A stretch of 51,474 nt of DNA. It comes from Callorhinchus milii. Its lineage: Eukaryota. Below the pieces are notes generated by a model. That model was not told the origin of the DNA. It saw nothing but the letters and a program-made list of their open reading frames with translations, and made no database searches. The stretch lies in assembly GCF_018977255.1 (NCBI RefSeq), contig NW_024705366.1, positions 1 through 51,474 on the forward strand. The letters are read 5' to 3'. Positions 36,739-48,923 of this stretch are shown in pieces. Each line of letters starts with the position of its first letter. The first letter of the stretch is position 1. A program made the translations under genes and the position numbers.

Positions 36739-39700
36739 CAGACGCCATGACCACCACAGTGGCTAAACGGGGGCTCTGGACGGGTGTGAGGGGCTGGTAA
36801 CCCCTCCACCTTCAATTAACCACCACTAAACCACGAATTAAACATAAACCTGAAACAAATAAGCTTGTGCCGGAGGCCCCGGGGGGTCAGGCTTTTATGA
36901 CGTCTCCTGGCCAAACCCCATTTGGCGGAGCCAGGAGATTGAATTTTCACCCTCGGGGCTCCTCCAGAAACAACAAAAAACCATTGCGGATGGCCACGTG
37001 GAATGTTCGAACGCTCACTGCGGAGGAGAGGCTGCCACTCCTCTGTCGGGAGCTGGACCGGTACCGCCTGGATCTCTGTGGCATTCAGGAGGTCCGGTGG
37101 ACCGGTTCTGGCTCCTGCCACCATGAGGGGTGGACAGTCCTCTACTCGGGGCAGGAGACTGCCAAACAACAGGGTGTGGCTCTTCTTCTGAACAAAAGAA
37201 TGAAGGGGGCGTGGGAGCGTGGCGGTGAGGTGTGGGAAGCTGTAAGCCCCAGGATACTTTGGGCTCGCCTTCCCATCAACCAGAGGCGAGGAGTGGTGGT
37301 CGTGGTTACTTATGCCCCCACCGAAGACGAACATCCGTGGAGGGATGCAGGCAAAGCCGATGAGTCAGACTCTTTCTATGACCTCCTGTCACAGGTGCTG
37401 GCTAAAGTGGCCACTCGGGACAGAGTCATCTTGTTGGGTGACTTCAATGCCCGAGTTGGTCATGATGCTGGCACCTGGTCTGGAGTGATTGGAAGGCATG
37501 GGCCAGATCAGCTCAATAATAACGGTAGGAGGCTGCTAGATTTTTGTGCAGCCCATGGGCTTGTAATTACCAACACGCTCTTCCGGCATCGGCGCATCCA
37601 CACAACATCATGGATACATGCCGGGTCCAAGCAAGAACATCTGCTGGACTACATAGTGACGGACCAGCGGATGCGAGCCCATGTCCTTGACACCAGGACC
37701 TACCGTGGAGCTGATCTGTCCTCTGACCATCGACTAGTCATCTGTAAGATGCGCCTGCCTTTCTTCCACTCCGGTGGTGGGTGTACACCCAGGATCCCAT
37801 TCCAACCAAAAGTGGCCTGGTCTCAGTTAGCTGATGAAAGTTGCAAGCGAGAATTTCATCATCGCTTGCAGCTGGGGTTGGCATCGTCCCCCACTCCACC
37901 TGATGTCGAGGGTAAATGGGCGAGGTTTAAGACTGTGACTCATGCAGCTGCAATGGCTGCTTTGGGTACGCGGTCCAGACCTCCCCAGAAACCCTGGCTG
38001 ACAGAGGAGGTGTTCAGGTTAATTGAGAAAAAGCGACAGGCCCACTCTCATCGCCTACAGCATCCCACGTCAGAGAATGAGGAGGTTTACCGCAGCCTTC
38101 GCTCGGAAGTTCGGAGAGCCGTAAGGCGCTGTAAGGATGGGTGGTGGTCGCGGGTTGCTGAGGAGATGGAGTCTGCCTCAGTGGCCCGTGATCACAAATC
38201 ACTATTTAACTCCATCAAAAAAGTAACCTGCAGCGCCACACCTATTACCATCATTAGAGGAAAAAACGGTGATCCAATCTCCGACCCCCAGGAACAGGTT
38301 TGCAGATTTGCTGAGCATTTCTGTGAGGTCCTGGGGGAGGGAAATTCTCTCAGCCAGGAAAACATCATGGCACAAAGTGGTGATAACCCTGCTGAGGCTG
38401 CGGTGCCTCAAATATTGGAAGAGGTCACCCCCTGTGAGTGGCTGGCTGAGGTGCCATCTGTTGAGGAAGTACTGAAGGCGATCCGGAGTCTGAGACCAGG
38501 AAAGGCACCGGGCAGAGATGATCTCCCAAGCGAAATGCTGAGGGAGGGTGGCGTTTGTGCACAGACTGCCCTATATGACATCATAACAACAGTCTGGACC
38601 ACTGGACGGGTTCCGCAGGACTGGAAGGATGCCCTGGTGGTCCCCTCTTTAAGAAGGGGGACCGTACCGACTGTAACAACTACAGGGGCATCTCACTCCT
38701 CAGTGTGCCGGGTAAGGTCCTGGCAAGGATTATTCAACATCGCCTTGCTAGGCACGCTGAGGAGAGGCTTGCGGAGCCCCAATGCGGTTTCAGGAAAGGG
38801 CGGTCCTGCACAGATGCCATATTTTCTGTCCGTCTGCTACAGCAGAGGTGTAGGGAATTCCAAAAAGACCTACATCTCTGCTTTATTGACCTGGTCAAGG
38901 CCTATGATACCATCAGTAGGACTGGGCTCTGGGTTGTTCTTCGTGCTTTCGGAGTCCCTGACCCTCTGCTCACGATCATTAAGGACCTTCATGATGGTGA
39001 GCGGGCCCGGGTAAAACTACGTGGCCGGGAGTCGGAGCCTTTCCCTGTACACCTTGGGGTGCGACAGGGATGTCCTCTGGCTCCCACATTATTTAACATC
39101 TATTTTGACCGCGTAGTTCGTGAAGCCTTCAATAGCTGTACCGGGGGAATTTCCATTTGGTACAGATATAATGGGAGGCTGATCGATGCCCGGGTGCGAT
39201 CAAGGGATGGCTCCCTATTGGTCAACCACGTTATGTATGCCGATGATTTGGTAATAGCTGCTCATTCAGAAGAGGAGTTGGAGACGCTGCTGCTGAGACT
39301 GGAGCGTGCCACTAAGAGGTGGGGCCTTACCATCAGCCCCACCAAAACTAAGCACCTGCCTGGGTATTTTGTACCATCGGACACTCCACCCCCACAACTC
39401 CCAATTGGTGATGGGGCAGTTGTGGAGAGAGTGGAGAGTTTCCCATACCTGGGCAGTGTGCTTATGACCGGCTCCAGTTTATCAGCAGAGGTCTCACTCC
39501 GAATCAGTCGAGCGGCAATATCTTTTCATCGGTTGCGTAACGCTGTGTGGAAGCTACCTGGTCTGTCGCTCCGCACGAAGCTTCAGGTCTTCTCGGCCAC
39601 GGTCATTCCCTCCCTTCTCTACGCTTGCGAAACGTGGACCCCCCTAGTGGAGCATCTTCGCCGGTTGGAAACATTTAGGCTGGCCTGCCTACGATCCATC

Positions 39701-40316
39701 CTGGGTTTAACCAGGCTGGATTGTGTGAGGAGCTCACAAATCCTTGAAAGATCTGGGCAAAGTCCCATCAGTGAGCTCCTCCGGCAGGCAAGGCTGCGTT
39801 GGCTGGGTCATGTAGCCCGCATGCCCAGCCACCGCATGCCTAAACAGCTTTTGTTCGGCCGGATCGAGGGGGCTAGACGGGCGCGGCACGGGCTGGAGAA
39901 GAGATGGAGTGATGTGGTACAGGAGGACGTGGAGCTGAGTGGACTTGCCGATGACTGGTACCAGCGGTGTCAAGATCGGCCTCAGTGGAGGAGGCTCGTG
40001 AAGGACGCTACTGGGCAGTTGGAGGCAGTCGCCCTCCAACAACAACGGAGGGCGGAGGAGCGACGCTCACAACAACGAGCGGAGCGCCGGGTGGCTAAAG
40101 CACAGCAAGTTGGCACAGTAGGGGGCACAGGTGGTGCATCAGCCAGTCATCTCGGTCATCTCGGTCAGTCGACCCGTGGCACCTGGGTCTGCCCCGTGAC
40201 CTCCTGCCAGCGGGCGTTCGACACTTCACGTGGCCTCAAGGTGCACTTGGCCTGGCACAAGCATCGTGGTGACGTCACCGCCACTTAGTGGCGAATGGCG
40301 GTTGTTGTTGTTGTTG
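36738..40316 (+). mobile_element. Full-length RTE-type LINE: 5'UTR, APE-RT-C2H2 ORF (~36897-40288) with a single frameshift at ~38642
   Basis: ORFs 36867-39014 (APE) and 38705-40288 (RT, YADD, CPVTSC...HLAWH) join if one C is restored in the C-run at 38642 (CCCC here, CCCCC in the other copy). (TTG)n tail. Confidence 0.96.
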
Positions 40317-40319
40317 TGT

Positions 40320-40350
<31 letters not shown>

Positions 40351-40383
40351 TGTGTGTCACTGTAAATGTGTGTGTGCGTGTGC

Positions 40384-40636
40384 GCGCTGCGCTACAAACC
40401 CGGCGACCTGAGTTTGATTCCTGTTCACAGCCAACGCCAGTGACGATTATCTGAAGCGGTGCTGGGCCTCCCCCAGGCCACGAGTGTGTGGCGCGGCGGC
40501 GTGTGGTCACCATCGCCACGCCAGAGACACAGACGCGGCCGGGCGCGCTGCTGCCCACCGACCCCCTCGTGCTGACAGCACGTGCCCCCAACAACAAGTC
40601 CGTCGAGGCTACGTGGGGGCGGGGGGGGATCTTTGT
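40384..40636 (+). mobile_element. Diverged SINE copy
   Basis: GAGTTTGATTCC B-box-like motif, CAGTGACGATTATCTGAA, GCTGACAGCAC.TGCCCC and a GGGGATCTTTGT end. Confidence 0.7.
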
Positions 40637-40658
40637 GCTCGTGCGAGGTGTGCGGGAC

Positions 40659-40827
40659 CTTGCTGGCGCTGGCGGTGCTGCAGTTGACCCAGCAGCGGGA
40701 GCCGAGCTGCCAGCGCTGCGTGCACGTGTAGGAGCCGTGCAGCACTGGCGGCAGCGGGGGGCACTGCACGGGCACGCAGCCGCCCTCCTCCCAGTGGCCA
40801 CTGTCCGTGCACCTCACCTTGAACCCC
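40659..40827 (-). CDS. PAPPA: Pappalysin CCP3/CCP4 exon (GFKVRCTDSGHWEEGGCVPVQCPPLPPVLHGSYTCT...CWVNC)
   Basis: Aligns with human AFKTQCTQDGSWQEGACVPVTCDPPPPKFHGLYQCT. Phase 2/0. Confidence 0.93.
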
Positions 40828-41014
40828 CTGGGGAGGGAGGGAGGCGGGCGGCGGCAGGAGCCGGGTGATTTGCGAGCGTGTTGGCTGTGCGCACGTGTGT
40901 GTGTGTGCTCGCCATCTAAAACTATTAAACATTTTTTTTCTTCCCCAGGTAAGGTCCACGGAGCTGTAGTCGCTCTTTTTCAGAAGTGACCTTGCCACAA
41001 ATGACAGCAGTGAA

Positions 41015-41460
41015 ACAATCTTGATGTGAAGTTTTCGTGACTGCAGGGATCCATACTCTTTGGCTCTTTCGGTAAGGCCGTCATCAGGTGGGACAAGCAC
41101 AGCAAGAAACAATCGCTGAAGTGGGCAAAAGGGCTGTCGTGACAAGAGGCTATATAGGTAAGAAGCAGTGAAGGTTTTAACCTGGTTAATAACATCATTC
41201 CAATGATCGCTCAATTTGTATCCATCTTCTCGGTTGATGTTATGTCTATGTTTATATATCTGGATGGCTTCATGAACAAACTTTTGATAGTAGCCCGAAG
41301 GTTTGCAGAGTACCCTGGTCTCGGAAAAAACAATATTAGGAGAGCCCACAGCGTCATAGCGATGGTCAGCCACGCGGAGGTATTGGTTCTGCCGTGTTTC
41401 AGATCTTCCTTGTCGTTTCGTTTCCCCAATGTAACAGCCACTACAGGTGCAACTTAGTTT
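41015..41460 (-). mobile_element. Penelope-like element 3' end: GIY-YIG endonuclease C-terminus plus pseudo-LTR
   Basis: Translates KHGRTNTSA/ADH...IVFSETRVL...HEAIQIYKH..NINREDGYKLSDHW, typical of PLE GIY-YIG ends. It is followed by CACCTGATGACGG...CCGAAAG...CCCTGCAGTCACGAAAACTT, the pseudo-LTR family seen elsewhere. Confidence 0.85.
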
Positions 41461-41754
41461 GTAGACTCCAGGATATTGTTGTCACGTGACGAAAACAACC
41501 GCGCAAATTTATGACTGCAAAATAATCGCGATGCGTTTGTAGAAAGGTGTATTACACACGTACGTGGGGACACAGCCAATCCTTAACATTTGCCAACATT
41601 TGGAACGATGATTCCGGCATTGAGCGCCCCACACGTGCGCGTGACGTGCACCCAGGGCACGGTGTTTGTGAGCACACACGTCTGCTCGCGTTCCATGACC
41701 GTGGCGGGGTGCTGGTGTGCCGAGGGTAGCGGGAGGTGTGGAAGCGGGCTTTAC

Positions 41755-41956
41755 TTGCGACTGGTGAGCGGCACGTGGTGTCCCGGCTCGCAGCGATACT
41801 TGCAGGAGGAGCCGACCTCCTGTCCGTCGTGTTTGCAGCGGTCGGTGCGCGCCACGGCGTTGGCCATGGGCGGCGGGGCCCGGCACGTCAGCTGGCAGTA
41901 CGCCTCCGGCAGGGACCACAGTCCGTCCTCCTGGCACCGCAGCTCTGCGCTCGCAC
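41755..41956 (-). CDS. PAPPA: Pappalysin CCP2/CCP3 exon (ELRCQEDGLWSLPEAYCQLTCRAPPPMANA...VGSSCKYRCEPGHHVP)
   Basis: Aligns with human LTCMEDGLWSFPEALCELMCLAPPPVPNA...VGSFCKYKCKPGYHVP. Phase 1/2. Confidence 0.95.
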
Positions 41957-43316
41957 CTGGCGTCCCCGCGGAAGGACAAACGCAAAGACGTTCGGCGTCA
42001 CAATCCGTCGTCGGCGATCGTGTTTGCCGCGGCGGCGATTAAAGCCGGAGGGAGAATGACGATGGTTCTCGGTGCTCCCCTCTTCACAGTGTTAAAACTA
42101 TTAAACTAGTTTTTATTTTACCAGGTAAGGTCCACCGAGCTCTCTGGCTCTTTTTCAAAATTTCACACGATGGCGAGCCAACGAAGGGTGGGTAATCATC
42201 GCGTGGAAATTCCTAGCAGTCAACAAATAATCAAAACGCACATTCATTCGAAATGTGGAGGGAAAAACGGGAAGAATCGGAGAAACGTCCATGAGATCGC
42301 CGGGAGAGAGAGAGACGCGCAGACTCCATATAGACAACAGGCATCAGGGTCGGGATCGAACCCACGACCTCTTGTATACCAGGCGAGGTAGTTAACATCT
42401 CCTAGCCACCGTGATGATGATGAGTGAGAGAGAGACGCGCAGACTCCAAATAGACAGCAGGCGTCAGGGCCAAGATCGAATCCACAACCACACAACCGCA
42501 AACACTTACGGATGTCCTTGGCGAAATGCAAAGGTGCTGCAATGTGCAAGTATATTTTACACTTACATTGTAAAGTATGTGTAATGTAGCAGCTTCCAGA
42601 GACACCTTGTTCAGTCAGATGTACATTTATTATGAATTTAATGGCGAATGGCGGTTGTTGCCATGTATACGTACATGTCTGTGCGTGTGTGTGTGTGCGT
42701 AAGTTCATGTGTGTGTGTGGCTCTATGTGCGTGTGTGAGTCGATGTGTGTTTGTGTGTGAGTCTGTGTGTCAGTCGATGTGTGTACGGCAGTGTGTCTGT
42801 GTGTGACAGTCCATGTGTGTGTGCGTCGATATGTGTCTGTGTACGTCCATATGTATGTCTGTGTGTATGTGTGAGTCGATGTGTGTGCGTGGGTCCATGT
42901 GTATCTCTTAGTCGATATGTGTGTGTGTAAGTCCATATGTATGCTTAGGTCGATGTATGTGTGAGAGTCTACGTATGTGTGTGTGTGCGAGTCCATATGT
43001 GTGTCTGTGTAAGTCGATGTCTTTGTGTGTGTGTGGGTCGATGTGTGTGTCTGTTGCCCGGGCAACGCCGGGTACTTACCGCTAGTCATTCATAAAGTCC
43101 ACCGACTCGCCGCTAACTTAACGAGTAACCGCGAGTTGACTACAGACACAGCTGGGTAACTTCTACGCGACGCTCCCCGTGTAGTTGGCTGGCTACACAG
43201 GAGCGGAAGGAGACACCGTCACTTCTCCAAGAGCACAAGGTGCCCCCGTTCCAGGACGACGAAGACGACCCGCTCCAAGATGACGACGGTGACGACAGCT
43301 TCTTGGTTCCCCCACA

Positions 43317-43567
43317 ACAACAGCAGCAGTAGCAGCAGCAGTAGCAGCAGTAGCAGCAGCAGTAGCAGCAGAGTAGCAGTAAGCAGCAGTAGCAGCAGCA
43401 GTAGCAGCAGTAGCAGCAGTAGCAGCAGCAGCAGTAGCAGCAGTAGCAGCAGTAGCAGCAGTAGCAGCAGAGCAGCAAGCAGCAGTAGCAGCAGCAGGAG
43501 CAGCAGTAGCAGCAGCAGTAACAGCAGAAGTATCAGTAGCAGCAGCAGTAGTAGGAGCAGCAGCAGC
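43317..43567. repeat. (CAG/TAG)n trinucleotide repeat
   Basis: Direct reading. Confidence 0.92.
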
Positions 43568-44005
43568 CCAGAGCCCTGTTCCACGCCGGCTTTAAACCCT
43601 CTTCCCGAGCCATCTCTCGCCGCACCTGGCCCCCGTCCTGGCTCTGTCCCAATGACTATTCACCACCGTCTGAGATCCGTGCTCATCCTCACACTGCCCT
43701 GTCGGTGCCCGTCGCATCAATCATTATTGACAACCACTCAGGTCCCACGTTACCCTTACGTGAGACCCCCCTGCCTGGTCCCTCTCATCCGGAATCTATG
43801 GGGAATGGAGGTTGCCGGTCAATCAAATATCCCGGTCATCTGAGAGTTACGCTTACGATTCACCGCATTTCACAAGCATGTTAAACTGTTCAAGAAAGAA
43901 ACTCAGCCTGCATGTTGGGGAGGCCTTCATCTAGCAGTGGATTGACCATGGCTGAAACATTGATGACGACGACGACGAGAAGTAAGAGATTGCTGGACGG
44001 GTCAC

Positions 44006-44179
44006 CTTGCAGTTTGGCGGGTGGGAGGCAGACGAAGGTGGTGCGGGCACCGTAGCTCGTCCCGTGGGGGTAGCTGAAGTGGGCGTGGTACACGAGGTGC
44101 CAACTCGGGACGCCGCAGTTCGACGGGCCGGCGGGCAACGCGCTCATCCCCCTGGCCCTCCACGCGGGTCACTCCCCGC
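44006..44179 (-). pseudogene. PAPPA: Degenerate pappalysin CCP1/CCP2 exon (frameshifted, several Cys/Trp lost)
   Basis: VTRVEGQGDERVARRPVE (one frame) and NCGVPSWHLVYHAHFSYPHGTSYGARTTFVCLPPAKLQG (another frame) align with human VTCTEGKWNKQVACEPVDCSIPDHHQVYAASFSCPEGTTFGSQCSFQCRHPAQLKG. The acceptor position is uncertain. Confidence 0.75.
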
Positions 44180-44763
44180 CTGATGCTGATTGGAGGAGGG
44201 GCGGCGTTCGTGACAAGGGCCTTTAAACTCCGACGCGATTCCGTCACGCGCCTCCCTCGTACCTAGTATTATTCAGCCCGGCGTCCGACGATCCTGACCA
44301 AACTGCCAAAGCTCGTGGCGCGAAACGTCGGACGTCGTGCCGACACGACACGCGGCAGCCGACCCGATAAACACCTCGGCGCGCCGTTACCGCACAACCG
44401 CGAAAACCTACGCTGCAGGACCCGCATGGCTGTATCGGTGTTGGGGGCGTGCAACGGCAAATAAATCTGCGGAAAAAACTATTCTTACTCTCACAAAACT
44501 GCGATGAATGGCGCCTCCAAACATTCCAATTATTGTGCAATCCACGGCGAGCGCACGGCACATTTCTAATGACGGTGCCAACGAAGCGGCACTAACGGAG
44601 CCCGAATGAGCAAACAACAACACAACAACACGCTCGTGCGACAAACTCTCTTCAGTCAGCACGACGGGCTCCCCCCGTCACGCGAGCACGACGACAAACA
44701 CCTCGTACTGGCAGGAACCTCCTGGTTACACCAGCCCACAGGGGATTATTGTGTCCGTCGTGC

Positions 44764-44945
44764 AGGGTGGGGCTGGGAGGGGTGGGGCTGGGTGGGGAGG
44801 GGCTGGGTGGGGAGGGTGGGGATGGGCTGGGTGGGGAGGGTGGGGGGGTGGGAGGGTGGGGCTGGGTGGGGAGGGGCTGGGTGGGGATGGGCTGGGTGGT
44901 GAGGGTGGGGAGGGGCTGGGTGGGGCTGGGTGGGGAGGGGCTGGT
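44764..44945 (+). repeat. G-rich (GGGTGGGGAGGGGCT)n repeat, G-quadruplex potential
   Basis: Direct reading. Confidence 0.85.
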
Positions 44946-45244
44946 CACCCCGTGGTGCCCTTATAAAACTCAACGTTTAACCAACTCACGCCGGCTTGTG
45001 CCCGCCCTCACAGTCGGCCATATTTGCGGAATACACCACGCCGCCGTTGACCCTGCAGGCCATTGACCGAGCAACCCAACGTTACTACCAGCTCCCTCCG
45101 CAGGAGGGATGTGTCAAAGCCACGTCGAAGGCCGCCCGTTAACCTCCGCGGAAATCCGCGTAAACCACGAGGTCGGCGTGCGGTCAGCGCAACGGCGAGG
45201 GCTGAAGCGACGCCGAATTGCACGGGACGACGGTGGGCCCTCAC

Positions 45245-45401
45245 CGGGTCCCCGTCCGCCGCGGGCTGCTGCCCGTCCTCGCTCGCTCGGTGCCCCTTGC
45301 CGCAGAGCACCTCGCACCGGCTGCCGGCCTCGTCGTCGCACCGCGCCGTGCCGTGAGCCGCCAGCCGCTGCAGGCAGGTGCTGCAGGCGTTGCAGGTACA
45401 C
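45245..45401 (-). CDS. PAPPA: Pappalysin exon, start of CCP1 (CTCNACSTCLQRLAAHGTARCDDEAGSRCEVLCGKGH...)
   Basis: Cys spacing matches human CVHFACEKTDCPEL...LNC...GAQCTVSCRTGY. CAG acceptor, GTGAGG donor, phase 2/0. Divergent in sequence. Confidence 0.72.
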
Positions 45402-47380
45402 CTGGCGCCGTTGGGGAGACACCAAGAGGGCGTGGGTTTGTTAGACGGCCTCCTCGCGTGAAGCGGGGGAACATTGAATGGAGTGGTGATCGGTCCAATA
45501 ATGAACAAAGCATCACCGGGATGATTCGTCAATCAATCGTCGAGAAAATCTACAAATCGACTAAACATTGTAACAAATTAAATCTTGACTTAAAGCTTTC
45601 GTGACTGCAGGAATTCATATTCTGTGTCTTTCGGTAAAGTCAGGTAGATAGGTTCAACAACCTGTCTACGCGACCCAAAAGTGTTGTAATCGATTGCTTT
45701 TTCTTGTGGTTGATGACACGGGCCCCTTGATGGCCGCCCCCATATCCTGCCGCCTGAAGGTGGGAAACCCCCCCCCACACCCGTCAATCTCCCACAGAGT
45801 TTGTGTCGTCCAATGACAATGGTGATGACCATGTCGTACGAAGCAATGACAACATTTCACAGGACGATGATATGTTTTGATATTCAGTCAAGCACTTGTG
45901 GAGATGCGGAGTCAATGTCAAGACATGTTTTTTCCTGGGGGAGTGACTCGGAGTGGATGGTTGTTTTGCTCGACGTTCGAATGCGCCACACTCGCCGCTC
46001 CGTGTACGGACCACGCCATTTTCATCCGTTCCGATTGGTCGAGCATTTCAAGCGATCAATTGGCAGAGAAAATCAACGACTTGAATCACTGGATGGGACG
46101 GCTCTAATATAAAGCCAACGCACTTGTTAAAAGCACCGGAGTCTTTCGTTCGCACATTCAAGCCGGTGCTGTAAAGATAACACTGGTCAACAACAAAAGA
46201 ACATGTTTTTCTGGCCTGGACTTTTGAAGCTGTTTTAGGCTAATTTCAGGGTGCCGATTCCAAATCTGATCTTAGATTTGCTCATCACATCTCATTTTTA
46301 TGCTATCGGCATACCCATTTTCATTGATTTACCCAAATTAACTCTGTCAGTTATGATTGCAAGTTGTTGCGAGTCAGTGACTGCTTTAGTGTTAAAATAT
46401 GGTGCTGTATTTTTAGGACAGTGTGTTTATAATATCATTTTATGTAGATATCCACATTTATTTAATATTTTCTTCTGCAGTTTTTATTGAAAATGCAATA
46501 TTTGATATCTCAAAAAACTCATTTGGAATCAGCACCCCAAAATTACCTTAAAACCGTTGGAATACCTTATGCCAGAAAAAGTGTGTTGACCAGTGTAATC
46601 GGACGTGTCTTGTTAACGTAATCGATAAACCACTTAGCTTCCCCGAACAGGGTGAGCACGCACTGGCCCTGTGGAGGGAGACGCCTCTTGGCCTGCTACA
46701 CACGGCTCCCGTGTTTCTTCCAACGATTAAAACGCACCGTAAATCTGGTGACACGTGTGGCTTCCCTCCGAGACGGGGCGGGGGGCAGGGGGCAGGGGGC
46801 ACACCGTAAATCTGGTGACACTTGTGGCTTCCTCGGAGACGGGGGGGGGGCGCATCGTAAATAACACGACATCCCTTGGGCGCCCGAAAGCGCCTTCAGG
46901 CCCAGACCCCCCCGCACCGAGCCCTGCTGAGCATCGACCGCCCTCAATCAGGGCCTTAAATTCAGTGCATTAGTTGGTTGCGCAGAAATTAATTTCGTGG
47001 AAATGCCACCGTGTGGCTCCCACGGTGTTACCGACGGCTTTTCTGAGCTTTTGGTGAGGAAACGAAATGCAATTAAGTGGATTGAAATGTGAATAGATGT
47101 GCCGGCTTCGTTTTTTTTTTTATCCGAGTCTTACGCCCCCACACCTTTGCCCTCGTTATTGTCACAAGAAGGATCGCTCTGGGATTGACGCCGAGAGGTG
47201 CGTTTGTGAAGGGACAGGCCCAAAGCCCACTTCTGATAGAATCGATCACCGGTTATAGCCATGACCAGGAATCAAACCCACTCACTGGCTACATCGTGCA
47301 GAGTGCTATTGGCAAACGCGTTCAGTTTTTGAAGTCACTCTCCCGCGAGAGAATCTGAACGCGGTGCCCCCCTCACTCAC

Positions 47381-47512
47381 CCGTGCGCCGCAGCGTCCCC
47401 CCCACAGCGGGGTCCGCCGTGCGTGTAGACGAGCGGCGGCGAGGGCTGCGAGTCTCCGTACGTCGTCGAGACGGCCACCTGGTACGCGTACGTCGCTCCC
47501 GGCTCCACGGAC
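47381..47512 (-). CDS. PAPPA: Pappalysin exon (SVEPGATYAYQVAVSTTYGDSQPSPPLVYTHGGPRCG...)
   Basis: Aligns with human DLNLGSVYQYWVITISGTEESEPSPAVTYIHGSGYCGDG. TAG acceptor, GTGAGT donor, phase 2/2. Confidence 0.9.
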
Positions 47513-48923
47513 CTAGGCGGAGGGGTCGGCGAGGGCACGGAGGGGCGGACGGCCGAGACCGGGGGGGGGGGGGCGGCCAAAGTGCGGGCCGGGTCAGTGT
47601 CGACGGAACTCGTGGGCGGGCGTTAAAACTCCGACATCGTCCGAGAGAGAGAGAGAGGGGGAGCCGCGCGCGTCGCCTCGCGATGCCGGAAGCGGGCGCC
47701 GAAAATGAGAAAACGTTCAATCCGTATCGGCAAATGTTTGCCCGCAACGACTCGCAGACTCAAAGTTTTCAATGAGGCGGGTAATTCACTCCAGCCAGGT
47801 GACCACGAGCAATTTGAACAGAGAAATCCAACACTCTGGCTGTTTGCGTAGTCGTCAAAAGGCGCACAATTCAAAGACAATGCACCATCAGAGTATGAGA
47901 GCTCGGGGTAAGCATTTACACCATTGGAACCTCATCTGGTCCAACCCATGTGAGGAAAGCTGTCTCGGGTGTGGACCAATCAACTTCAAGGACAGTGCAT
48001 ATCATTATCAGAGTTGTGTTTTTTGTTTGCATTATGACTGCAGGTATTGTGGTCTATGCAAACATGACTCCTCGTAAAAAAAGGTGTCAGTTTTGTTGCC
48101 AGATAAAAGGGTAAAAAAACAATTATCATATTTTTTACTGGCCCAATGAGGTACCAATGGAGACCTCCAGAGTTCGCGATGAAACATGAGATGGTACCCG
48201 AGGAGCATCACGGGGCGAAATGTTGTTTTGTGCGCCACGGACTTTGATGCCGACGGTACCTGCGGTGAGCGTTCAAATGTTCAGTGGGCACGACTCCGCA
48301 ATTCGGGAGGGAGGCAAAGGATGCTGGAGATGCACACGTGCGTAGAGTGCAGATGACAGTTTGCAAACTCAGGACGTGATGCTCTCGTTGTACACAAATA
48401 TATGCAAGGCTTGACGATTTTAACAAAAATCAATGCGAATGAACCGGTAAAGATGAGATGCGCAAATACTTTAGGAGATTGGAACAGCCTTTGTGTGGAC
48501 TCTGCTATGAGAATGTTGTCTGTTGTGTGACAGTCAAACCAATATTATTTCTTAAATTCTCACCGCCCGAATTTATCCAAAAAAATGCGAGGTGAGTTTT
48601 TTTTTCTCATTCATTGATGACCGGGGGCTGAGAATGCAAACTCACTTTCACTTGCAAACGCTTCAAGGACATGGGGGACGCGGCCTTTCCGCACCGAGCA
48701 GCACCGTCCCAGCCAAACCGTGACAACACTGAGGAGTGTGCTTGGAACGCCGCGGCGAGTGCTGTTCGCGACCAGCTACCAAGGCCGGCAAGACACACGA
48801 GGAGGTCGGTGGGGGCAACACGCACGCACGCACACACACACACGCGTACACACACACACGTGTACACGCACGTTGCGTGTACACAGCGAACTCGCACAGA
48901 GTACCACCCAGCGCCCCGCGCAC

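Noticed and set aside
43140..43843. Poly-Leu/Ser/Cys ORFs
   Set aside because: Translations of a (CAG/TAG)n repeat. The same applies to 13342-13924.
46249..46537. 17-bp inverted repeat GGGTGC(C/T)GATTCCAAAT around an AT-rich core
   Set aside because: Probably an internal fragment of an old DNA transposon. No TSD or termini could be defined, and it holds none of the missing pappalysin exons.
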